The position numbers and the translations under genes were made by a program. 64,000 nt of DNA from a virus. How positions within the stretch are numbered: the first letter of the stretch is position 1; each line of letters opens with the position of its first letter. Below are positions 56,966 through 64,000 of the stretch, piece after piece. A model generated the notes under the pieces. It had not been told where the DNA came from, made no database searches, and saw only the letters and a list, made by a program, of their open reading frames with translations. The stretch covers positions 1-64,000 of the IMG/VR virus record IMGVR_UViG_3300046512_000174; one strand, 5' to 3'.

Positions 56966-56981
56966 GTCGTGACAATACCCT
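56966..56981 (+). promoter_or_regulatory. Putative late promoter
   Basis: GTCGTGAC-AA-TACCCT upstream of probable TerS. Confidence 0.6.
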
Positions 56982-57015
56982 CGCTCAATACCCTACCCAA
57001 CCCACGGAACGAATA

Positions 57016-57534
57016 GTGTCAAACGACGATCTCGAAACCACGATTGCGTATGCCCGCGCGCTATACGAGGGCACGCATGGCATGACCATCACGCAGCTGT
57101 CGGAGATCACCCAGATCGCGCCGCGCACGCTGAAGATCTACAGCAGCGATCAGAAGTGGAAAAAGGAACTCGAAACCAAGACCGGCGCCACCACGCAGTC
57201 GGCGATCGAGGCTGCTGCTCATTTCTCCGGTCAGCAGCTGATGCGCGAGAAGGAAGGCGAGGAGGCGCCGGCCGAAGACAATGCGCTGGTCGAGCCTTTG
57301 CCATCCGAGCGTGATGAACTGCTGACCCGGCACAAGGCTGAATGGAAAGTGCCGCGCGCGATGGCGAACGAATCGGTGAACCTGCGCACCACCAACCCGA
57401 TGGCCGCATTCGAGCGCGCCAAGATGGCCAAGATCACCGCCGAGAGCCTGAAAATCATTCAGGACGGTGAGCGCCGGGCCTACGGTATCGACAAGCCGGA
57501 CGGCGACCACACCCTGCTTCTGCAAAGGACCTGA
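57016..57534 (+). CDS. Probable terminase small subunit
   Basis: N-terminal HTH (ARALYE...TITQLSE...TL...KWKK), C-terminal IIQDGERRAYGI, late-type promoter, adjacent ParB-MTase. Confidence 0.6.
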   Translation: MSNDDLETTIAYARALYEGTHGMTITQLSEITQIAPRTLKIYSSDQKWKKELETKTGATTQSAIEAAAHFSGQQLMREKEGEEAPAEDNALVEPLPSERDELLTRHKAEWKVPRAMANESVNLRTTNPMAAFERAKMAKITAESLKIIQDGERRAYGIDKPDGDHTLLLQRT

Positions 57535-57537
57535 TCG

Positions 57538-59043
57538 ATGGACATGAACCAGATGATGGGCCTCGACGTCGAGATCCCGCAAATCACCCTGCGGCCGATC
57601 GAAAGCATGGTCGCCTACCACAACAACTCGCGCACGCACTCGATCGGGCAGCTGGCCGAGATTGGCGCAAGCCTGCTGGAATTTGGTTGGACCAACCCGA
57701 TTCTGGCCGATGCGCTGGGCACCGTCGCCGGCCACGGACGCACCATGGCCGCCGCCGAGCTGTATCGCCAAGGCAAGCAGATCCTGTTCCCCAACGGTTC
57801 GCCGATCCCGATCGGCATGGTGCCCGTGGTCGACTGCACCGGCTGGAGCGATGCCCAGCGCCGCGCCTACATCATCGCCGACAACAAGCTGGCCCTGAAC
57901 GCGGGGTGGGACATGGACCTGCTGAGTATCGAATTGACCGAGCTGGGCGAACTGGGTTTCGACCTATCGCTGACCGGCTTCAACGAGGATGAACTCGCCG
58001 ACCTGCTCACGATCGAGGAGCCTGAGCTGCCGGACGCTGATCCAGATGCCGCGCCAGCGCTAGAGGACAACGCCGTTTCCGTGCTCGGCGATGTCTGGGT
58101 GCTCGGCCCGCACCGGGTCTGTTGCGGTGACAGCACCAGCCTCGATGATTGGGATCGCCTGATGCAGGGCGAGCGCGCCGATATCTGCTGGACTGACCCG
58201 CCGTACAACGTGGACGTCGGCCGGAAAAACCGCCTGATGGACACCGTCGATGGCCAGTCGCGAGGGGCAACCGGATCGCTGAAGAACGACAAGATGAGCG
58301 ACGCCGACTTCGGTGAGTTCATGCTCGACTTCTACAAGGCCACGATCGAGCAGCTGAAGGCCGGCGCGCCGATCTACGTGGCGCACGCCGATCGCACCGG
58401 GGACATTTTCCGGAACGCTTTCATCGCCGCCGGCTTCCACTTCAGTCAGACGATCATCTGGCGCAAGAACAACCATGTGCTCGGCGTGGCCGACTACCAG
58501 TCGATCCACGAACCAATCCTGTACGGCTGGCGCCCGGGCTCGAAACACAAGTGGCATGGCGGCCGGAAGAACAAGACCGTCATTGAAATCGGCGAAGGCG
58601 GCCCGATCAGCAAGACCGAGGACGGCCGGTGGGTGATCAAGGTCGGTGATCAGGTGCTGATCGTCGATGGTCAGGCGACCCTGCAGGAAAGCCAGTCGTC
58701 GATGATCTACGAGCCGAAGCCGGCCAAGTCAGGTCTGCACCCGACGCAGAAGCCCGTTGCACTGGTCGAGCGGATGCTGAAGAACAGCGCGCGCTCCGGT
58801 GATCTGGTGGTCGACGCGTTCGGCGGTTCCGGGACCACGCTGCTGGCAGCCGACCGCATGGGCATGTCTGCCCGACTTATGGAACTCGACCCGCGTTTCG
58901 CCGACGTGATCGTGCGGCGCTGGCAGGATTACACCGGGCGCCGTGCGTGCCATGCGCTCACTGGCGAACTGTTCCCCGGTGAGGGCGAGGTTCGTCCGGA
59001 TCCGGCGCCGCAACCACCGATGGGCGATGAGGATATTTTCTGA
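57538..59043 (+). CDS. ParB-like N-terminal domain plus DNA methyltransferase
   Basis: NSRTHS..Q...FGWTNPIL...AGHGR...IADNKL, TDPPYN, HPTQKP, DAFGGSGTT. Confidence 0.9.
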   Translation: MDMNQMMGLDVEIPQITLRPIESMVAYHNNSRTHSIGQLAEIGASLLEFGWTNPILADALGTVAGHGRTMAAAELYRQGKQILFPNGSPIPIGMVPVVDCTGWSDAQRRAYIIADNKLALNAGWDMDLLSIELTELGELGFDLSLTGFNEDELADLLTIEEPELPDADPDAAPALEDNAVSVLGDVWVLGPHRVCCGDSTSLDDWDRLMQGERADICWTDPPYNVDVGRKNRLMDTVDGQSRGATGSLKNDKMSDADFGEFMLDFYKATIEQLKAGAPIYVAHADRTGDIFRNAFIAAGFHFSQTIIWRKNNHVLGVADYQSIHEPILYGWRPGSKHKWHGGRKNKTVIEIGEGGPISKTEDGRWVIKVGDQVLIVDGQATLQESQSSMIYEPKPAKSGLHPTQKPVALVERMLKNSARSGDLVVDAFGGSGTTLLAADRMGMSARLMELDPRFADVIVRRWQDYTGRRACHALTGELFPGEGEVRPDPAPQPPMGDEDIF

Positions 59044-59249
59044 TGGATACCGTTCAGCTGGTAGAACTCAATACCCTGTCGCCCGGTGACTGGGTTCGCT
59101 TCATCGGCGGCGATATCGGCATCATCCGCGACAAAGTCACGGTGCCCGGGTACCGGCAATCCTACGTCGAGGTCCCCGGCGATCGTTACCCGGTGCGAAT
59201 CACGCCGCTCGACGTCAAGGTCGAACACCTTCCCGACCACCATCCCTGA
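59043..59249 (+). CDS. Hypothetical protein
   Basis: TGATG overlap. Confidence 0.55.
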   Translation: MDTVQLVELNTLSPGDWVRFIGGDIGIIRDKVTVPGYRQSYVEVPGDRYPVRITPLDVKVEHLPDHHP

Positions 59250-59340
59250 CTACCAATCAGGGAATCAGCCAGATGACGCGCCGCTTTGAGCGCGTTTTCT
59301 GTTTTTAGGGCGCCAATAGTCCGCAACGTCAATTAGCCTA

Positions 59341-59370
59341 TTGCTCAAATCCGATTAATGCGCGCATAAT
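59341..59370 (+). promoter_or_regulatory. Early-type promoter with degenerate palindrome
   Basis: TTGCTC-N18-CATAAT, TTGCTCAAATCCGATTAA. Confidence 0.65.
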
Positions 59371-59401
59371 CCTGCCATCAACAACGCAGCGGGGCAGGAA
59401 C

Positions 59402-60199
59402 ATGAATCAGCGCATCGTCACGTACACGACAAGGCTGAACGAAAACACTGGTGTAGCAACCCATGTGGTCGAGCTGAGCGGAAAACTGGTAGCTGACACG
59501 GGCATCCCACGGATTTGCAAGTCGTCTTATGAGGCTGTGCTGGCCTCCAGCGACAATATCGTCATGGCCCGGCACATCGCCGCCTGCCTGAATGCGTGCG
59601 AAGGCATCGACATTGAGGCGCTGGAAGCAATGCCGGGCAGTTTCGATACGCTGCTGTCCGCTGGCTTCAAGGAAGTCATCGCTCACCCGGCAATCAAGCT
59701 GATGATCGACAATGAGCAAGCCCGCGACTTTATCGCCGCGTGGAACGCCATGCCGGTTACTGGCCCGACCATCGTCGCAATGCAAGCGTCCGGCGACCTG
59801 CTACCGCCGGTTGAGATCGAGCAGATCGCGTGGCTGCAAAAGGCGCATACCCTGCACCGTCAGGTTTCGATGCTGTACATGGTCGATGGCTACGAGGTGA
59901 CGGTTACGTGGGATGAAAATCCAATCTCCGAAGCCTTCCATGGCGAAACCCTGCGCGAGGCGATCAGCAACGCCATGGCCGGGCACGACCTTGATGCGCG
60001 GCATCCGTACACCGACAATCAGCTGCGTTACCCGGAAGATGCGCAGCGCACCAAGCTGCTCAACACCCTGAAAGGTATCCGCGCGCACATTGAAAAAATC
60101 AGCCCAGATCACTGGTGGATCGACACGCCGGACCGTGGCGGTTTCGACACCGATGCGCTGGATGCCGTTATCTCTGAATTTGAAGGCGGTGATGTATGA
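59402..60199 (+). CDS. Hypothetical protein
   Basis: AGGA SD, ARHIAACLNACEGI motif. Confidence 0.65.
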   Translation: MNQRIVTYTTRLNENTGVATHVVELSGKLVADTGIPRICKSSYEAVLASSDNIVMARHIAACLNACEGIDIEALEAMPGSFDTLLSAGFKEVIAHPAIKLMIDNEQARDFIAAWNAMPVTGPTIVAMQASGDLLPPVEIEQIAWLQKAHTLHRQVSMLYMVDGYEVTVTWDENPISEAFHGETLREAISNAMAGHDLDARHPYTDNQLRYPEDAQRTKLLNTLKGIRAHIEKISPDHWWIDTPDRGGFDTDALDAVISEFEGGDV

Positions 60200-60789
60200 C
60201 CGATCAAACACTCAAGGCCGCCCCGCTGAGCATTTCTCTGGGTTACGGCGCTGTCATCACTCAAGGCAATCGAGAAGTCGCGAAGGTCGGCAACCTGATG
60301 GAAGCCGAGCGCCTTGCGGCCTGCTGGAACGTATGCGACGGGATCAGCACCTCGGTGTTGGAGCTGAACGCAACGGCAGGTGGCGTGGCGAATCTCGAGC
60401 GCCAGCGTGACGCGTTGCTGGCAGCACTCAAAAAGCTGAATAGTCGGTTCTGCTCAAACATTGATGCCGGGGCCGTCGCCACTGATATCGACTTCGAGTT
60501 AGTGGCTGAAATTGGAGTTGTGCTCGCAAGCATCAAGGATCTCAAGCCAGCCGAACCGCCAAGCTACCACGACGTCGTTGTCTTCGCCGGTGACCAGCGC
60601 CTGCGCCTTTTCGATTGCTCCTATGGGTTGCAGCTGCAATGTACACGCTCAGCCGGATGGGAGCTGTGGAACGTGTGGGACGGCAAAGAGGAGTTTCTGG
60701 CCGGCGAATACAGCAGCAAGCCGCTCCGCATCGAAGTGCGGGGCGTGGTGATCTGCGAAACGAAACCGTCTGAGGGTGATGATAAATGA
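60196..60789 (+). CDS. Hypothetical protein
   Basis: AERLAACWNVCDGI...QRDALLAAL. Confidence 0.65.
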   Translation: MTDQTLKAAPLSISLGYGAVITQGNREVAKVGNLMEAERLAACWNVCDGISTSVLELNATAGGVANLERQRDALLAALKKLNSRFCSNIDAGAVATDIDFELVAEIGVVLASIKDLKPAEPPSYHDVVVFAGDQRLRLFDCSYGLQLQCTRSAGWELWNVWDGKEEFLAGEYSSKPLRIEVRGVVICETKPSEGDDK

Positions 60790-61019
60790 AACCAATCCCA
60801 ATCTCAGCCGCCGAGCGCATCGCCAAGGATTACGGTTACGACCAAGTGATCATCATCGCGCGCAAGGTCGGTGATGCCCCGGATCCACATGGCGAGCACT
60901 GCACGACCTACGGTGTAACTAAGGCCCACTGCGAGGTTGCCGCACGTGCAGGCGACTTCCTGAAATACAAGGTGATGGGCTGGGTGAAGGACGAGGCGGC
61001 TGAGGTGCCTGAAGCATGA
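60786..61019 (+). CDS. Conserved phage hypothetical protein
   Basis: IPISAAERIAKDYGYDQVII...TTYG. Confidence 0.7.
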   Translation: MKPIPISAAERIAKDYGYDQVIIIARKVGDAPDPHGEHCTTYGVTKAHCEVAARAGDFLKYKVMGWVKDEAAEVPEA

Positions 61020-61252
61020 GCCTGCCAATGAACTACTTCGTCAACGAAAGAACTCGCCTGTGCCGCACCCTCAGCGGGCGCGGCCCGGACCACACGGCCA
61101 ACCTGCTCGAAGCCGAAAAGGATGGATTTAAGGAGGTCACTCCGTTTGAGTTCGACGACTTCCGCGCTGAAACCCAGAAGGCCAAAGACGCCGGCTGGAA
61201 TCCGAACCGCATGCGCTACGCCACGTTCATGGCCAAGCAGGCCGCCAAATGA
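61016..61252 (+). CDS. Hypothetical protein
   Basis: Coupled overlaps. Confidence 0.6.
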   Translation: MSLPMNYFVNERTRLCRTLSGRGPDHTANLLEAEKDGFKEVTPFEFDDFRAETQKAKDAGWNPNRMRYATFMAKQAAK

Positions 61253-61458
61253 TCCGCTGCTGCCGCGACCGCTGCGAGCCCGGCACTGAATGCGGCTGCC
61301 CTGCCTGCTCGGCGAAGAAATACCCGCAGTACGCGAAAATAGAACCAGAACAAATGGCCGGCATCTGCGGCGGTTGCCAAGGGATGCTGGTTTACCGTAA
61401 CGGCGCGCTGGTCCATTCCAGCCCGCGATCTACTTGCCCGGGAGTTATTAGGCGATGA
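61249..61458 (+). CDS. Small Cys-rich protein
   Basis: Coupled overlaps, multiple CxxC. Confidence 0.5.
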   Translation: MIRCCRDRCEPGTECGCPACSAKKYPQYAKIEPEQMAGICGGCQGMLVYRNGALVHSSPRSTCPGVIRR

Positions 61459-62042
61459 GCGAGAACAAAGAACCGAATGCGATTTACTGGCCAGCAGGCG
61501 GAAAGCTGCTCGCCCGCATCACCAAAAACGGGAAAATGGTTGCAATTTTCAAGGTTCCGCCAACCGATGAAATTGGCAATGCCATGGCCGCAGCCCTTGA
61601 TGACGCTAAAGACGTCACCCAGATCCTGCTCAGCGTCACCCCCGGTCCCGATGGTGAAGGCCAAGAGAACTACGCCAAATCGATTGACGATGTCGTGGAA
61701 CGTCTCGGCGAGCAGAGCGATCAGATCGAAGCGCTCGAAGCCCGCAATGCCGAGCAACGCATTGCGGAGCTGGAGAAGGACGCCGCACGCTACCAGTGGC
61801 TGCGCGATAAGAGCCAGAATCATCATCAGTTCTACCTGAGCACCCCGCTCTATTTCACGGGCGTGAAGTTCAGCAAAGAGAACGTAGATAGCACAATCGA
61901 CGCCGCCCTCAATCCCAACCCCGAGGCAGAAATCCCCCTGTGCGGCACCTGTCACGGCCAAGGCATCATCGCCACCGGCATCGCCGAGGCTTCATCAACG
62001 ATCTGCTACAAGTGCGAAGGCACTGGGAGAAAGGGTCAGTGA
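61455..62042 (+). CDS. Hypothetical protein with DAARYQWLR module and DnaJ-type zinc finger
   Basis: KDAARYQWLRD...IDAAL, CGTCHGQG...CYKCEGTG. Confidence 0.65.
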   Translation: MSENKEPNAIYWPAGGKLLARITKNGKMVAIFKVPPTDEIGNAMAAALDDAKDVTQILLSVTPGPDGEGQENYAKSIDDVVERLGEQSDQIEALEARNAEQRIAELEKDAARYQWLRDKSQNHHQFYLSTPLYFTGVKFSKENVDSTIDAALNPNPEAEIPLCGTCHGQGIIATGIAEASSTICYKCEGTGRKGQ

Positions 62043-62281
62043 AAACCGAAGCGGGCAACACCCTGCAGCAACACATTCTCGATTCAGCAAAAAAGCTCAA
62101 CGATACCGCTACGATGTATGCGGTCACGTATGCCCAGACCGACAGCCCGGAAAGCAAAGCATCTTTCGACCGCTATTCGTTTGCCGCTGAGGAGATCCGG
62201 AAACTGCATGCCCCGGCGTGCCAGATGCTCCATGCGATCGAGGCGATGATCCCAAATCCAAAGGAAGCGAAAAAACCATGA
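62039..62281 (+). CDS. Hypothetical protein
   Basis: GTGA overlap, VKTEAGNTLQQ... Confidence 0.55.
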   Translation: MKTEAGNTLQQHILDSAKKLNDTATMYAVTYAQTDSPESKASFDRYSFAAEEIRKLHAPACQMLHAIEAMIPNPKEAKKP

Positions 62282-63522
62282 CCAATAACCCAACGATTGA
62301 CGGCCTGCTTCTGGAAACGCTGAAGAAATGGCGCCGCGACTTCGATGCATGCCAGCGCGTGATCTGGCTGGCCGGCGGCTTTGACCCTGCCTATTGCACA
62401 GATGCTCAGGCCTGCATTGCCGAGATGGACGCTTTCCTCGATGAGCGTGCGGCCCACCCATCCAGCGGCCCCGCCGGCCCGCGCGAGCGCTTCGAAAAAT
62501 GGGTCATGGCCAAGAAGCATCCGGTGCTGGGTTTCCTCGACGGGCACTGGCTCAAGCGCGGCGATGACCGCGAAGGCTACGCCAACGAGTACGTGCAGGG
62601 CCTGTGGGTTGCGTTCAAGGAGTTCGACTTGCCGCCGCTGATCAAAACCCTGCGCGAAAATGGCGACCTGATCGCAGCTGAGGCGACCATCGCTCAGTTG
62701 CAGCAGCGTGTTGCGCAGCTGGAGAGTGGGCAGTCTGAGAAAATCCATCCAGAGCTTGGTTCAGCACCGTCAGCTCACATGACTTGGCTTTTGGAGAAGG
62801 TCGTAAATCCCCGCGACTACCCTGAAAAAGTTCTGCACGAACAAATCCGATCGACGCTTGAGGTGTTAAACAAAAAACCTTCTGCAACGCCGGAACCGCT
62901 CGGCTGGGTTTCCCAGTATGAACTGAACAGGATCCGCAACAAGCAGGCGCACTGGGCAACACTCTGGGCAACAGATGGCAGTGAGAATCCATCGCGCATG
63001 GACCCGACGTTTGCGCTGTACGCCTATCCTCAAGAGCCTGCGGCAGTTGCATGGCGAGACATGGCAACCGCGCCGAAAGATGGAACGCTGCTGATCCTGC
63101 TGGTCGAGTTCGATGAGCATTCCACCGAGGACGAAAAACAGGCGCCGACCATCGGGGCGAACAACTTCACCAATGACGGGCAGGACGAATGGGTGTTTGC
63201 CGGCTGGTGCTGGAGCCATGACCACTGGACGCAGGGCGTCGGTAAGCCGATCGGGTGGCGCCCATTGACCGCTGAGGTTCCGGAACCAAAACAGCTTCTC
63301 GCGCGCGCCTTCACCACGTTGGAATCTGGTGATGGGCGGTACAAGATCGTGGCCTGCTTCCAGAACCGTGATGATGCCTACGAGGCCTATCGGCTGATCT
63401 GCGGCGGCAAACAACACATCCCACCAGTCAGTTCCGGCCATTGCCGCAATGGCGACGCCTGCGTGTGCGGCGGGGATACCGCTGGTGTGCGCGCCACTTG
63501 TGGGAACTGGGTGAAGCCGTGA
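62278..63522 (+). CDS. Multi-module hypothetical protein with DUF551-like domain
   Basis: WRDMATAPKDGT...P.GWRPL and RERFEKW modules. Confidence 0.65.
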   Translation: MTNNPTIDGLLLETLKKWRRDFDACQRVIWLAGGFDPAYCTDAQACIAEMDAFLDERAAHPSSGPAGPRERFEKWVMAKKHPVLGFLDGHWLKRGDDREGYANEYVQGLWVAFKEFDLPPLIKTLRENGDLIAAEATIAQLQQRVAQLESGQSEKIHPELGSAPSAHMTWLLEKVVNPRDYPEKVLHEQIRSTLEVLNKKPSATPEPLGWVSQYELNRIRNKQAHWATLWATDGSENPSRMDPTFALYAYPQEPAAVAWRDMATAPKDGTLLILLVEFDEHSTEDEKQAPTIGANNFTNDGQDEWVFAGWCWSHDHWTQGVGKPIGWRPLTAEVPEPKQLLARAFTTLESGDGRYKIVACFQNRDDAYEAYRLICGGKQHIPPVSSGHCRNGDACVCGGDTAGVRATCGNWVKP

Positions 63523-63758
63523 CTGATAAGCCGAAGGCCTTGATCTTGGTTATTGGCGGATCACCAGCAGCGCATCGCATCTTTTGTGAGGAATACTGGC
63601 GCCTCATGTTCGAATTCGATGTCGAGGTTTTGGACGCTGGAAAGCGTACGGAACTCGGTACGGAACTCGGAAACCTGATCACCGCTCAGCAATTCCCGAA
63701 AGAATTCAAACAGCCTGACCGCAGCAAAATCCAAAACCGATGGGGGCGATACAAGTGA
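63519..63758 (+). CDS. Hypothetical protein
   Basis: GTGA overlaps. Confidence 0.5.
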   Translation: MTDKPKALILVIGGSPAAHRIFCEEYWRLMFEFDVEVLDAGKRTELGTELGNLITAQQFPKEFKQPDRSKIQNRWGRYK

Positions 63759-64000
63759 ACCAACAACAACGTGAAGCATTCGAAAGCCACATCCGCAAGA
63801 CCAAATCGGCCGAGTTGATCGCCAAGACCGAGGGCGGGATCTCGCAGGCTGCTGCTGAGCGAATCATCCAAGCGACGTGGCTTTCGCAGATTTTCGGCAC
63901 TGATGAGTACAGCGCCGAAGGCACCCGGGAATTGCAGGCGCTTTGGCTGGCGGCGCAGGCGAGCATCGTTGTCGAGCTTCCGCCTGCTTTTCCATGCCCA
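63755..64000 (+). CDS. Hypothetical protein (3' truncated)
   Basis: VNQQQREAFESH...W.AAQASIVVELP, open to window end. Confidence 0.55.
   Translation, partial: MNQQQREAFESHIRKTKSAELIAKTEGGISQAAAERIIQATWLSQIFGTDEYSAEGTRELQALWLAAQASIVVELPPAFPCP

Noticed and set aside
63650-63672. CGGAACTCGG direct repeat
   Set aside because: Two copies inside a CDS (TELGTELG), consistent with local slippage.
1-64000. tRNA, rRNA, IS elements or host genes
   Set aside because: None recognised by eye. A tRNAscan-SE/Infernal run would be needed to exclude them formally.

Overview
The whole window looks like one continuous piece of a dsDNA phage genome with a contractile tail. No host housekeeping genes are visible. 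A Pseudomonas-like gammaproteobacterial host is an inference from GC-rich codon usage and gene content. Gene order: (1) 1-17323 (+) tail sheath, tube, chaperones, tape measure with SLT domain, baseplate, and a split tail-fibre locus; (2) 17395-19770 (+) six-gene lysis cassette; (3) 19764-26398 (-) TraR/DksA, a tyrosine recombinase, HU, and a RecE-like/SMC-like ATPase/annealing-protein module; (4) 26575-33130 (+) HTH protein, SF2 helicase, SSB, VRR-NUC and primase-helicase; (5) 33182-48039 (-) a long array of small early genes; (6) 48340-48870 an iteron-rich, AT-rich putative origin; (7) 49048-64000 (+) Zn-finger proteins, two DNA methyltransferases, a probable terminase small subunit and many small genes. 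The most notable signals are non-coding. An 18-bp palindrome is built into at least six sigma70-like early promoters. A GTCGTGAY-N2-(-10) motif precedes morphogenesis, lysis and packaging genes. Four hairpin-CCGGTACCA elements sit between promoter-proximal early genes. The primase has a structured leader with a translationally coupled 10-codon leader peptide, reminiscent of plasmid rep control. Also present are a candidate +1 frameshift in the tail chaperone and a one-shaft/three-tip tail-fibre arrangement. All protein calls come from motif recognition by eye, not database searches.
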